From contig OX597827.1 in the NCBI GenBank assembly GCA_951406725.2, forward strand, positions 81,716,001 through 81,780,000: DNA of 64,000 bases, given 5' to 3'. Each line of letters begins with the position of its first letter. The first letter of the stretch is position 1. The position numbers were made by a program, and so were the translations under genes. Source of the DNA: Octopus vulgaris. Lineage: Eukaryota. Positions 1-12,690 of the stretch are shown here, piece by piece. Below the pieces are notes generated by a model. That model did no database searches. It saw only the letters and a list, made by a program, of their open reading frames with translations, and had not been told where the DNA came from.

Positions 1-353
1 TTATTTATATATTTGCGTGTCTATGTGTGTAAAGTGGAAGTGGGAATGTAGAGTGAAATAGTCACTCACTACAGAAAGTGAATTAGTTTCACTTTATTCG
101 TTGCACACTGTGTGTGTGCGTTTGCGTGTGCTGTATCCCACACTAAGAGAAGCATTTGACTCATACACCACAATGTGAGTTTTCTCTAAATTTTGCTTAA
201 TTGGGGTTGAAATTTTAAAAAGTGGACCTGTGACGACCCGATGCATTCTACTCTTAAAAATGCTAGGTAAATTGTAATTGAAGAAATCCTATATTGTAGA
301 TTTCTATAAGATACAAAGGGAGGCAGATAAAATCTGCCTTTTATAATAAGAGA
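1..353 (-). mobile_element. Probable 5' end of a non-autonomous Helitron-like element (runs off the window)
   Basis: Minus strand starts A|TCTCTTATTATAAAAGG next to (TA)n, similar to the 5' end of the complete element at 49184; subterminal hairpin AGGCAGAT-AAA-ATCTGCCT at 321-339. Confidence 0.45.
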
Positions 354-590
<237 letters not shown>

Positions 591-1971
591 CATCATCATC
601 ATCATCGTTTAGCGTCCGCTTTCCATGCTAGCATGGGTTGGACGGGTCAACTGGGGTCTGTGAAGCTGGAAGGCTTCGTCAGGCCCAGTCAGATCTAGCA
701 GTGTTTCTACGGCTGGATGCCCTTCCTAACGCCAACTACTCCGCGAGTGTAGTGGGTGTTTTTTACGTGCCACCTGCACAGGTGCCAGACAGAGCTGGTG
801 AACGGCCACGAACGGATGGTGCTTTTACGTGTCACCGGCACGGGGCCAGGCGATGCTGGCAACGGACACGAATGGATGGTGCTTTTACATGCCACCGACA
901 CGGTTGCCAGACAGAGCTGGCAAACGGCCACGAAGCGGACGGTGCTTTTACGTGTCACCGGCACGGGGGCCAGCCGAGGCTGGCAACGGACACGGACGGA
1001 TGGTGCTTTTACGTGCCACCGACACGGGGCCAGACAGAGCTGGCAAACGGCCACGAACGGATGGTGCTTTTACGTGCCACCGACACGGGGCCAGACAGAG
1101 CTGGCAAACGGCCACGAACGGACGGTGCTTTTACGTGTCACTGGCATGGGGCCAGGCGAGGCTGGCAACGAACATGAACGGATGGTGCTTTTACGTGCCA
1201 CCGACACGGAGCCAGGTAGAGCTGGCAAACGGCCATGAGCGAATGGTGCTTTTACGTATCACCGGCACGGGTGCCAGACGAGGCTGACAGCGGACACGAA
1301 CGGATGGGTCACTTAACCCTGCTTTCTGATATATGATTTGATTTTGATTGTTCTCACTGGTCTTGCTGGGTCTTCTCATGCACAGCATACTTCCATAGGT
1401 CTCGGTCTCTGGTCATTTCCTTGGTGAGACCTAGAGTTCGAAGGTCGTGCTTCACCACCTCGACCCAGGTTTTTCCTGGGTCTACCTCTTCCACAGGTCC
1501 CCTCAACTGCCAGGGTGTGGCACTTTTTCACACACCTATCTTCATCCATTCTCACCACATGACCATACCAGCGCAATCGTCTCTCTTGCACACAACATCT
1601 GATTCCTCTTAGGTCCAACTTTTCTCTCAAGGTACTTACACTCTGTCGACTATGAACACTGACATTACACATCCAACGGAGCATACTAGCTTCATTTCTC
1701 GCGAGCTTACGCATGTCCTCAGCAGTCACGGCCCATGTTTCACTGCCATGTAGCATGGCTGTACGTACACATGCATCATACAGTCTGCCTTTTACTCTGA
1801 GCGAGAGGCCTTTTGTCACCAACAGAGGTAAGAGCTCCTAAACTTTGCCCAGGCTATTCTTACTCTAGCCGTTACACTTTCAGCACACCCACCCCCACTA
1901 CTGACTTGGTCACCAAGATAATGGAAGCTATCAACTACTTCTAGTTTTTCCCCCTGGAAAGTGACGGAAGT

Positions 1972-1972
<1 letters not shown>
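591..1972 (-). mobile_element. 5'-truncated RTE-clade LINE (RT C-terminus, 3' UTR with minisatellite, (GAT)n tail)
   Basis: Translation EVVDSFHYLGD...KGRLYDACVRTAMLHGSETW...RRLRWYGHVVRM...GRGRPRK is typical of the RTE C-terminus; same 3' end (GGAAGGGCATCCAG...CCCATGCTAGCATGGAAA...(GAT)n) as the + copy at 24470-25413. Confidence 0.9.
755..1308. repeat. Minisatellite of nine 60-63 bp units in the RTE 3' UTR
   Basis: GGTG(C/T)TTTTAC starts at about 755, 818, 878, 941, 1002, 1063, 1124, 1184 and 1245. Confidence 0.9.
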
Positions 1973-2014
<42 letters not shown>

Positions 2015-2015
2015 A

Positions 2016-4261
2016 TGATTGATTGATTCTAGTTTCAGCTCACGAGCTGTGACCATGCTGGGGCACCGCCATTTGGTGTTGCTACATGGTTTTACTTCAC
2101 GAATGCTTTTTAGCAACTGCCATTTGGTGCATGAGAGAGTTCGATGCAGCTGCCCTCATCTGCACCTCCTGCCGTGAAGTTGGTTCATCTGGGATACCTG
2201 ACAAGAAAAGATCCAGTTTCATTTTAAAGACATCTGCATCCACCCCATGCAGGTCTCTTAGGTTCTTCGGGAGGATATTGAAGAGCTGTGGGCCTCGGAA
2301 GCCCAGGCTATCACAGTATCTTGTCCTACATCTTGATGGCAAATTTAGAGTCCTTGGTACCACGCAGTGGCGCCCAGTTCTGGCATTTGTGTAACTCTCG
2401 ATGCCAAAGTTTGGGACAAGTCCTTCCAGATGTATATTATGGCACATCTTTCTCACCTACGCTCCAAGGAATAGAGTTTTAATCTCTTGAGTCTTTCCCA
2501 GTAGCTTATATTCTGCACAGAGGCTATCTTCTTCGTGTAGCTATGTTGGATCGCCTCAAGTTCTGTGATCAACTTGACACTGGATGGTGACCATAGCTGA
2601 GAGCAATAGTCAAAGTGGCTTAGGACAAGTATCCTCCAGAGGACCATCATGGTTTCTTGTTCTCTTGTTCTAAAGGTTCTGAGAATCCATCCGGCCAGTC
2701 GTCTACATTTCATTGTCAATTTAGCAACATGTACACGAAAGGTTGCGTCATCACTCATGTAAATACCCAGGTCACGCACTGATTGTGCCTCTGGGATTGC
2801 AATTCCTCCGGGTCCAGTGTATTCATTGGGTATTGCATTTAGTTTTGCATGCTGATAGCATAAAGCTTGAAACTTTTCAGCATTGAACTGCATGCTATTC
2901 TTTTCAGCCCACTTGTATATTTTGTCCAGCTCACATTGCAGGCGTCTAGTGTCCTCAGGGTTCTGTATTGCCTGTGAAACTTTTGTATCATCTGCATAAC
3001 TTGTGATCGTGGCTCTCTGCGTGGCTGAGGGCATGTCTGAGAGGGCCATTATGAACAGTAGTGGTCCCAAAACAGTGCCCTGCGGAACACCGCTCACTAT
3101 TTGCGTATTAATGGAAGTGGCCTCATTGGCTACTACCACCTGACTTCTAAGTCATGAAGCCATTCTCCCAGTTTTCCAACTATGCTAAAATCACGCAGTT
3201 TGTGACATATCATTCCATGATCGACTTTATCAAAGGCCTTTGCAAAGTCGAGATATATATTTTCAGGCGGGACTTTTCACTGCTTTCAATTTGTTTAGGC
3301 GATTTGAAATTTTTGTACGCCATCTCATTAAAATTTTCCTCTCTCTGGGGATTTTGTTCTTGTGTACAGTGGCCTTTCTCTCTGGGACACATTTGTAGCA
3401 TATAGCTTGCTTTACAGACATAAATTGTTGAAGTTTCACGTCGATGTCTGGCCAGGAGAAACATTCAGGCCAGTTTTGTTTGAGGATCACTTTCTCAATT
3501 TGTTTCCAGTTTGCCTTATGGAAGTTCAAGCTGGAAAGATTCTGAGGGTTTCTTGTAGGCTGCATGTCCATGCTTTCCTTTGGCCCATACATGGTCAGCT
3601 CTACCATGTTGTGATCCGAGAGTAGTGTCGGTGTCACTTTCACATTATGGATGAGATCCATATTATTTGTGAAGCAGAGATCCAGTGTGTTACCTGCCCT
3701 GGTTGGTTGGAGTATTACTTGCTCCATGTACAGGGTGTTGATGAGGTTCAGGAGGGACCTCGCCTGTCCTCGTTCAGGTCTTGTCATTCCTGGGAGAGAA
3801 AGGCCCTCGGGCCATCTGACATTGGGTAGATTGAAGTCTACCATAAGAAGTACACTTATGTGTTGTTCTAATGTGATTAGAACTTCTTCTATTTTTATAA
3901 GGCAGTCTTCAAACTTGCCTACATGGCTTGGGGCATCTGGAGGGCGATATGTAGCACACGCAACTACATCAAGTTGCCTTATATGTACCATTAGTGTGTC
4001 ACACACCGAGTTTGAGTATGACAAAAGGACCTGGGGTGTGAGGTCCTCACGGATGTACATAGCAACTCCTCCATGACTCCTTTCTTTTCTGTCGGTCCGT
4101 AGTACAACATACTGTGGTATGTGTAATTCCGCATCTGCTATGTCCGGTTTCAGGTTTGTTTCCGTAAGTGCTATGCATAAGGCTTGATTGCATGCAACAA
4201 AGTCTCTCAAGAACGGGATTTTTGTCCTGTTACTGAGTGTTTGCAGTCCTCTGATGTTCAT
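2016..4261 (-). mobile_element. CR1-superfamily LINE, disrupted ORF2 (APE endonuclease plus RT) with internal deletion
   Basis: APE motifs NIRGL, LTET, RxDR..GGV, YRPP, DFNLP, PTR.GNTLDL, SDH (ORF 3263-4261); RT motifs YLDFAKAFDKVDH, SGVPQGTVLGPLLF, YADD (2453-3260); 3' stem-loop and (AATC)n tail at 2016-2070. Confidence 0.9.
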
Positions 4262-4292
4262 ATATGTATGTATATATATATATATATATATG

Positions 4293-4369
<77 letters not shown>

Positions 4370-4448
4370 GTATGTATGTATATATGTATTTTTGTATGTA
4401 TATATATATGTATGTATGTATGTATATATATATGTATGTATGTATGTA
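4262..4448. repeat. (TA)n/(TATG)n microsatellite
   Basis: Direct observation. Confidence 0.95.
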
Positions 4449-4998
4449 TACTTTGATACTTTGATACTTTGATAGGTTTCGGCCATTATCGGCCCAGGCC
4501 ATGTCTAACTTAATAGCACCACCTGGTGAAGTCTTTCAAGTCAGAATTTGGGCACTATGGCCCACTCAAGTAGAGAGTTATTGTTTACAGAGACATATCC
4601 GGGTGTAGGGGGTTTATCCGGGATTTCTTGAAGGAATCTGTCCAAAGACTTCTTGAACCCTATAGGGTCAGTTTCTGTTTTAATGTGTTTTGGTGTAATG
4701 TTAAAGAGAGCGGGGCCAATTGAGGTGAAATAGTTGTGCCATATTGTTGTTATGAGATGAGAGTGCGATTTTTGTTTTGGGCGGATGGCACGGGGCCCAA
4801 GCCTTGGATGTACCTTAAAGGTGATGCCAACATCATTTGGGCAATGCTGATGGAATATTTTCCACATCATGCAGATGATGTAGCGCTCACGACGACGTTG
4901 GAGAGAATAAAGTTTTAGTTTTTCTAGTCGACCCCAATAGTCGAGGCCTGTCATACCATCTATCTTTTTTGTGATTGCCCTTTGAGGTGCTTCAACTT
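4449..4998 (-). mobile_element. 3' fragment of a second CR1-like LINE family with an (AAAGTATC)n tail
   Basis: ORF 4541-4954 [22 protein letters not shown]...GPALFN..P...[16 protein letters not shown], homologous to the C-terminus of the LINE at 2097-2456. Confidence 0.85.
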
Positions 4999-5025
4999 TT
5001 ATGATACTTTGTATTGTGATACTTT

Positions 5026-5072
5026 GTATATATATGTATATATATATATATGTATGTATATATATATGTATG

Positions 5073-5115
<43 letters not shown>

Positions 5116-5142
5116 ATATATATGTATATATATATATGTATG

Positions 5143-5173
<31 letters not shown>

Positions 5174-5592
5174 ATATATATATATATGTATGTATATATA
5201 TATATATGTATGTATATATGTATGTATGTATATATATATATATATGTATGTATATATATATGTATGTATGTATATATATATATATGTATGTATGTATATA
5301 TATATATATGTATGTATGTATAATAATAATATATATTATATATATATATATTTATGTATGTATATTTATATATATATATTTATATATGTATGTATATATA
5401 TATATATATGTATGTATATATATATAGTATGTATGTATATATATATATGTTATATATATATATATTTATGTATGTATATATATATATATATGTATATGTA
5501 TGTATATATATATATATGTATGTAGTATATATATATATATATATGTATGTATATATATATATATGTATGATATATATATATATATATGTATG

Positions 5593-5631
<39 letters not shown>

Positions 5632-5681
5632 GTATGTATGTATATATATGTATATATGTATATGTATGTATATATGTATAT

Positions 5682-5714
<33 letters not shown>

Positions 5715-5760
5715 ATATATATGTATGTATATTTATATATATATATATATGTATATATTT
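5026..5760. repeat. Long (TA)n/(TATG)n microsatellite
   Basis: Direct observation. Confidence 0.95.
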
Positions 5761-5791
5761 ATTAAAATAAAAACATGATGCAAAGGATTTA

Positions 5792-5878
5792 GCTGTACAT
5801 ATGTTTCGGGCCTTTATTGGACAGTTTATAACAATGCATAATTGATGTAAATGTGTGTCTATAGCCTTCTTCAGCTGC
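5792..5878 (-). ncRNA. Hammerhead-ribozyme-like motif (Penelope type)
   Basis: Minus strand GCAG-CTGAAGA-A-GGC...(long loop)...GCCC-GAAA-CATATG-TA-CAGC; palindromic helix III ACATATGT; one mismatch in helix I. Confidence 0.55.
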
Positions 5879-6087
5879 GTACAATTACTACTTCAAGGAC
5901 ATGTATTACATTATAAGTTTTACGTTGGGGATGCAAATCCTCATAGTCGCGTACGACAGAGCGAGGCACCAGAACAAAATCAAAACGTCCATCTCGTTTT
6001 TCACTCGATGTAGAATACATATGTATATATGTATGTATGTTTATATGTTTATATGTATGTATCTATATATATATGTATATACGTATG

Positions 6088-6119
<32 letters not shown>

Positions 6120-6189
6120 TATCTAAATGTATATACATACCTACAAATAGATATAGATGTTTAAATGTATGTATGTACATATGCTTGCC

Positions 6190-7270
6190 TTTTTCTGTTT
6201 TTTATTTATTCATTCATAGTCTTCCCAAGAGAGATTGAGCTGGTTTCTAACAAACAAACAAAAGGTCCATAACAATAATTATTATTACAAATCAAACTTT
6301 AATAAAGTCTTGCATATTTTTTACTGTTCCACTTACAGATTGTTTTTGGCAAGTCTCTTTTTTTGCACAGAAAACTCTACTATTTCCAGATTATCACTTA
6401 AGCGCACCAATTATTACTGGTATGAATATGAGTTTCTTATCAGTGTAGAGGAGTTGCAGGTTTTGAAGCAGTTGCCCATAGATATTCTTCTCTTCATGGG
6501 TTTTGGGAGAGATGTTTCCCCATCTGCATGACAAGGAAACCTCCAACATTTTAAATGGTTTTTCTTTTCTCTCCCAAATAACTAAGTCAGAGCTGTTATG
6601 TCTGAAGTGTCAATGAGAATGTTCCGCCAATATTCTTTGTGTTGATTTGTCTGTATTCAATAGCAGAGATGTTGTCTTTATATTTCTCCCAGGGCAGTCT
6701 TTCCAGTGCATGGCATTGTATATTGGTTTAGCAACACCATCATGTTCGAGGGGAAGTTTACATCCTTGATGACATTTTAGGGCAGCTAATGATTACATGT
6801 GTTGTGTCCTCCACAGAAGAGGCATGTGATTAACATTTGAAGTGGCATCATGGGAGTTTAAAGGTTTCACTGTTTTACTTGTTCATAATTACCTTCTGCT
6901 CTCGGATTGTTAAAAGATAGCATTTCAGATGCAATGTGATGTAACAGTCATAAGTCCAAGACAGGTTATACTTCACCTTATTATTATCATCCTCCTTAAG
7001 GTTTTGGGAAACATGTAGAATATTCTGTTCCAAATCATTGCTGAGATATTGAAGCCCTGCACTTCTGGGTTTGTAAGTCAATCAGCGAGTTTGTCATCCA
7101 TCAATTCACCATTAGTGGATTCATCATCTTCAATTTATCAATCAGATCAATTCCTTATCAGTCAAATTATTGATCAGATCAGTTCATTACCAGCTAAATT
7201 CATCACCAGAATCCAACACACAATGACCCCTGGTTATTTGTACTTAGCAAAGTATTGAACTGGCTTTAAT
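6190..7270 (-). mobile_element. Degenerate 3' part of an R4/Dong-like (restriction-like endonuclease) LINE
   Basis: Broken minus-strand frames give VEDTTHVIISCPKM (CCHC-like), IYGQLLQNLQLLYTDKKLIFIPVIIGAL and QSVSGTVK..CKT; C-terminus and 3' UTR match 38685-38970. Confidence 0.65.
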
Positions 7271-8189
7271 ACAAATTTTTTCTCTCTGTTGATATTAAGA
7301 TGTCAGAAATAACAAAAAGAAAAAAAAAGGGGGGGGGGGGGATATTTTATTGAAAACAAAACAAAAGCATTGTAACTCTTAAAATGACATTTTTTCTGTT
7401 TTCTTTCTTCCGATTCTTCCTTTTATTTTATTGAACACATTAAAACAATACATAATGGTCCATAGAGAATATATACAGTTATATAAATAATAAATTAAAA
7501 TTACAATTTATTTATTTGAGGTAATTTATTTTGAAATGTATCAAGAATACAAAACCAAAAAAAAAAATAAGTAGAAACTAAGGTTAATTAATAACTAAAA
7601 CAATAAAATCTTTGAGATATCAAAATTTCACATAACGAGCAACTGCTTTCCAGAAATTAGTTTCTCATTAAAACTGTTAATTACCTCTAATATTTCTGAT
7701 ATATTTCTTCATATCTCGTTAGTTCTTCTAGTAGCTGCTTTCCTCTCCTTTTTCAAATTAGTGCAGTTTGGTTCGTTATCAATGAGTTCTTCTTCCTCAC
7801 AAAATTAAAGGATTTTTAATAAACGAATTCTTCACATTGTCATCTTACCCATATCTCAGGAATATAATCATGTACCAGAGCCCTCCCCTCCTCTCCTCAC
7901 TCCCAGCCTCTTCCAGTTCCTCTCACCATCACTTACTATTTCTGTTATCTCTAAACATCTTCCCTCACACTCTTATGGTACATCCCCCTCTATCCCCTCT
8001 GTACGGCTTTTACTTTCCCCCTCACTGTTCCCTGTTTGTAGTTCCCCTCTCTCTCTAACTCTCTCACATCTCCCTCTCCTTCCTTGTTCTACTGAGGTAG
8101 TCAAGTATCTCCTCTGCCCCTCCTCTATCATACTCTAATCTCTCAGTTTCGTTCCATCATTCATTTGAGAGGTCTTTGTCTTAAGGGTT

Positions 8190-8420
8190 CGTGGCTATTG
8201 ATGCCACATTAAGAAGCAGTGGTGTTGGTGCCACATAAAAAGTACTCAGTACACTCTGCAAAGTGGTTGGCATTAGGAAGGGCATCCAGCTGTAGAAACC
8301 AAGCCAGAAACAGACAATGGGACTTGGTGTGACTCTTGGCCTGACCAGCTCCTGTCAAACCACACAACCCATACCAGCAAAAAGAAAAATAGGACGTTAA
8401 ATAATGATAACGATGATAAT
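8190..8420 (+). mobile_element. RTE-type 3' tail fragment
   Basis: GTGGTTGGCATTAGGAAGGGCATCCAGCTGTAGAAAC...GGACGTTAAATAATGATAACGATGAT. Confidence 0.7.
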
Positions 8421-9285
8421 AAATTAATTATTCTCATTGTCATCTTACCCAATATCCCTGGAATATAATCGATACATATTAATTTATTTATGTTAAATAT
8501 TAAAGAAAACTAACTGGATATACACCAAGAGCCACCCACAGCAACGATTCAATGCCAACTGGACTCTCCCCCTCGCTCTATTAAAATACAATTTCCTCAA
8601 TTTGAAGGAGAGACATTCTGACCTGGATATTGGTGAAGGATGGTCCAAGCATCATCTTAACAACACTATTGCTTGCACTTAGTTCTTGCCTATTTACAGC
8701 ACCACACAACATCATTGCATCACTATCTCTCCCAGCCACCCCACAACACTTCTACAACACCATCCTAACAGCAATATCTCCTCCCAACTCAATCCTTATA
8801 ATCTATAACACCCTAAAACCCTACTACAACATCCTAGAATATTATTTCCCTGGCAATGATACTCCATCACCCTAAACTCTCTCTCTCTCTCTCTCTTCCT
8901 CTTCCATTCAATCAAAACATCCAAGTCACAGAGACTCCATCATCAGCAGCCAGAAACAGCAGAAACAGCCTGATTATCTCCACTGTTCACAGAGTGTAGG
9001 AGATGTAGAGATGAATGGTTGAATTATGAGAGCAGCAGACCAGATGGCTGTGGTAATTTAATTAAGTCTCTCTAAGTTTTGAGTTCAAATCCTGCTGAGA
9101 TCCTCTTTATCTTTTACCCTTCTGGGCTCAATAAAACAAAGTAACAATGAAGTTGTGGTGTTGATCCATACCTTCATAAAATAAAGCACCAGTCAAATAG
9201 TGAAGCTGAATTAATGTTAATGATGAATATTTTAGTTGTGGATGGAAGTGAAGACGCACGGCTGAGGGGTTCGGATGTTCAGCTC

Positions 9286-9516
9286 AGCGGTGAGCTGGCA
9301 GAATCGTTAGCACGCCGGGTGAAATGCTTTGTGGTATTTTGTCCGCCGCTGCATTCTGAGTTCAAATTCCGCTGAGGTCGACTTTACCTTTCATCCTTTT
9401 GGGGTCGATAAATAAAGTACCAGTTATGCACTGGGGTCGATGTAATCGATTTAATCCGTTTGTCTGTACTTGTTTGTTCCCTCTATGTTTAGCCCCTTGT
9501 GGGTAATAAAGAAATA
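9286..9516 (+). mobile_element. SINE with 18-bp target-site duplication
   Basis: Head GCGGTGAGCTGGCAGAATCGTTAG, B-box-like GAGTTCAAATTCC; TSD GGTTCGGATGTTCA(G/A)CTC at 9268-9285 and 9517-9534; sister copies at 42810-43045 and 56710-56945. Confidence 0.85.
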
Positions 9517-9693
9517 GGTTCGGATGTTCAACTCGTGATTGTAAGGTTGTAAATTCAATCCTCAGCAGTGTATTGTGTCCTTGAGCAAGTCTCTTTGTTT
9601 TTACTCAGCTGCAACCCACTCAGCTAGCAAAAATGAGTTACAACTCAGCAATTTATTCTGTGTTTCTCTGAATCTCCTTGAGAACTACTTTAA

Positions 9694-9881
9694 CCCTTTC
9701 GTTAACATAATTTTAAAATTAACAAAGAATTTAGTAAAATAACTTCGTTATCATTAAGCAAGTGTAAGGAACATAAACTGCGACTAAGATTTGGTGGAAA
9801 ATTTTAATTCAGAACTTTTGAAAACAAGATATTTATACTCCAGAGCCAGAGGCAATTTCAGCCGGGTTGGTATCAAAAGGA
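9694..9881. mobile_element. piggyBac-like MITE with TTAA duplication
   Basis: TTAA|CCCTTTCGTTA...GGTATCAAAAGGA|TTAA; the homologous SINE copy near 43328 has a single TTAA (empty site). Confidence 0.75.
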
Positions 9882-11659
9882 TTAAGGGCATATGTGTCTG
9901 TGGAGTATTCAGCCACTTGCACAATAATTTCACAAGCAGGCTATTCCATTGATCGGATCAACTGGAACACTCATTGCCATAAATGGTGGAGGACCACTTG
10001 TGAATGGACTTCTAATAAAAGACTAAAACCAACTGTAACTGTCCTGAATGATTCATGTTGGTCAGTGGAACCTGGAAACATACAAGAATAGACTGGACAA
10101 TAGTCACTGGTCACTGACCTCCCCTTCTCTACTCTGCATCTGGTTAATGATTTCATGCCAGAGCATTTAACGAGAGATTGAGTGAGACAATAAAGCTGGA
10201 CCACAGCATGTGAAGATTATGTGTGGTTTCTTAACCAAGTACATACATAACAAGAGAATAAGGGGCTCCTATGTGGTCGAAGGGCATACCAGAAATAACA
10301 GCCAACATTCTTCAATCTTACTTGAATTGTCTTGGAAGAAAAAAAACACATTTGGTGGTGGTGGTGGTGGTGGTGGTGTGAGGATGATGAGGCTGGGAAG
10401 TGAGTCAAGAGATGTTGTGGTGATGGAAGGGTTGGGGGTGGTGGAAGTGTTGATGAGGATAATGGAAATGTGATAATGAAGAGTGGGAGGGGTGGGAGTT
10501 GGTGGTAGAAGTGATGGATGTGGAGCTGTGGTCAGTGGTTGATGTAGTTTCTTTTGTTTAACCGTAGGTCAGTAATGACCCCACAAGCCAATGATCAATA
10601 ACATCCTAGTAATGACCACCCTACCCTTTATAACAGAGTAGGACAAACTATATTATCTGTCTTTCTCAGATTTAAGATTAGTAGGGTGATATAAGAGAGA
10701 TTTGACTGCCATTTCTGGCAGGTCAAACTACTCTTGACTCTTGGTTTGGTGGTGTGCTGATGTATGGTGAGAGACTATCAATGCACTGCAGGGAGGTATA
10801 AAGAGATAATGGGGTGGGGGGCAGCAAACAATGTGGTGATTGTGGTTGTGTGGGGCTAGTGGTGGTGGGTGGTGGTGGTGGTGGTGGTGGTGTGTGGGTT
10901 TATCGATATCTATATCATCCTTGATGATGTCATTTATTGGCTTCTTCCCCAGAATGCACGTAATTACATCCCCTGCCACACACACACACACTCCACATGC
11001 ATATGTACATGCATGTGTTTTTTTATATACATACATACATATATATATGTGTGTGTATATATATATATGTATATATAGGCTATATATAGATATAGCCTAT
11101 ATACATATATGTATGTGTGTGTTCTTATTTAGACAGAGATGCATGCATACATACATGCACATGCCAATCCATGCTATGATGCATGTTGGCGCCTGCTGCT
11201 GTTGCAGTATCTGTGCAGCATGTAATGCATCAACTCAGCATCTCAATTGGCAAAACACATCGTCTCCACTATCACCACCACCACCACCACCACACATGGC
11301 TACCCTTCTGCCAGAGCACCTTCCCCACCCCGGCACCATCGCTACACAACACCTCAGTGCACCACTTGGCTATAATTCCACAAAACAACAATACGACACC
11401 ACCACTCTAGCATCACCATACGGCCACCACTCAGCTACACCACCTCCACAACTACCACCACCATCGCCGCTGCCACTTCCTCACCACCACCGTTACCATC
11501 ACCACTACCAGCACCAGCAGAACTACACCATTTCATCACTGCCCTACCACCACCATACTGCCACTTCACCACCCTGATACCCTCACTCATTTACAGACAG
11601 ACATGCCTATATATACACACATACAATGCACCAACACACATATATATGTTCATACACTC

Positions 11660-12290
11660 ATATACGAGTACCAAGGAATTGATGGAAACATATTATACGA
11701 AGGTTCTGTGAATAACGATGGAATTGGCCAAGAATATTCTACCAGGCTTAAGAAAATATGGAGTTGGGGGATTCTCCTCTTTCTCAGTGCATTTTCAGTG
11801 CCACCAGTGCTGATTCCAATATCTGGGATACATGACTGGTCTGTAGAAGAATTCATTCTATAGACATTAACACCCCCCCCCCCCGCAAGATACTGACATC
11901 AACTAGAAATTCCCACAGGGACAGTGATATTAGTAGGTTCTAGCTAAGAAGAGATAAAGGAGGCAGGGGTTTGGGATCAGAGCAGACTCTCTGGGCACTT
12001 CCTAAGCCAAAGCAGCAAAAATAAATACATCAACTCAGTGCCATAAAGTGAAGGGGACAATATCCTCTGTGTTGGCAGTGAGCTCCTTGGGAAGCAGTCT
12101 CTTCCTGATGACCTCCCATACAACCCACCAAACAGCCTGACTAACATTCTGACTTGGATGTGAAACACTCAGTTTGGCAAGAAGAATATGCATGGATATG
12201 TTTTTCAAAGACTTCAAGAAGACTGTAACATCAACATGAAGAACAGCCTCTCTTCAACTCATGACTGCTGCATCACAATATGAAGGCAAA
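11660..12290 (+). mobile_element. Degenerate R4/Dong-like LINE RT C-terminal fragment
   Basis: YEYQGID...EYSTRLKKIWS...AFSVP.VLIPISGIHDWSVEE...RKILTST.NSHRDSDISRF.LRRDKGGRGL, broken by frameshifts. Confidence 0.6.
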
Positions 12291-12346
12291 ACATTTGCAC
12301 ATTATTTACATTTGACAGATATTTGTCCTTGTCTTGTTTGTTGTTA

Positions 12347-12390
12347 ACACAATGTTTCGGCTGATATACCCTCCAGCCTTCTTCAGGTGT
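12347..12390 (-). ncRNA. Minimal hammerhead ribozyme motif
   Basis: ACAC-CTGAAGA-A-GGCTG-gagggtatat-CAGCC-GAAA-CA-TT-GTGT. Confidence 0.7.
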
Positions 12391-12560
12391 CTTGGGGAAA
12401 TTTCAAACCTGGGTTCTCATTCCTAAGGTATTTTTCGATGTTTTTGTTATTATTATTATTATTTTCCCGGTCACTGTCTGGAATCAAACTTGGAATCTTG
12501 GGGTTAGCAGCCTGTTGCTCTTAACCCCAAGATTCCAAGTTCAATTCTAGACAGTGACCG

Positions 12561-12598
<38 letters not shown>

Positions 12599-12646
12599 TC
12601 AGAAAATACCTTAGGAATGAGAACCCAAGTTTGAAATTTCCCCAAG

Positions 12647-12690
12647 ACACCTGATGAAGGCTGGAGGGTATATCAGCTGAAAAGTTGTGT
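12647..12690 (+). ncRNA. Minimal hammerhead ribozyme motif
   Basis: ACAC-CTGATGA-A-GGCTG-gagggtatat-CAGCT-GAAA-AG-TT-GTGT. Confidence 0.7.

Larger units (their letters stand above)
9250..9990 (+). mobile_element. tRNA-derived SINE interrupted by two younger insertions
   Basis: With the insertions removed it aligns by eye to minus copies at 14053-14380 and 43218-43595 (CAGCCACTTGCACA...TTGATCGGATCAACTG). Confidence 0.7.

Noticed and set aside
755-1308. CRISPR-like repeat/spacer array
   Set aside because: The 'spacers' are themselves repeated in two types, there are no cas genes, and the array sits in a eukaryotic LINE 3' UTR
3263-4486. 407-aa ORF as an intact gene
   Set aside because: The N-terminus is microsatellite and another LINE's tail; the rest is a LINE endonuclease with a GDFN-to-VDFN change and a downstream deletion
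11175-11235. microRNA-like hairpin
   Set aside because: Pairing is short and interrupted; no recognisable mature miRNA
10840-11577. 245-aa His/Pro-rich ORF
   Set aside because: Composed of (GGT)n, (CA)n, (TA)n and (CAC)n repeats; no start or splice support
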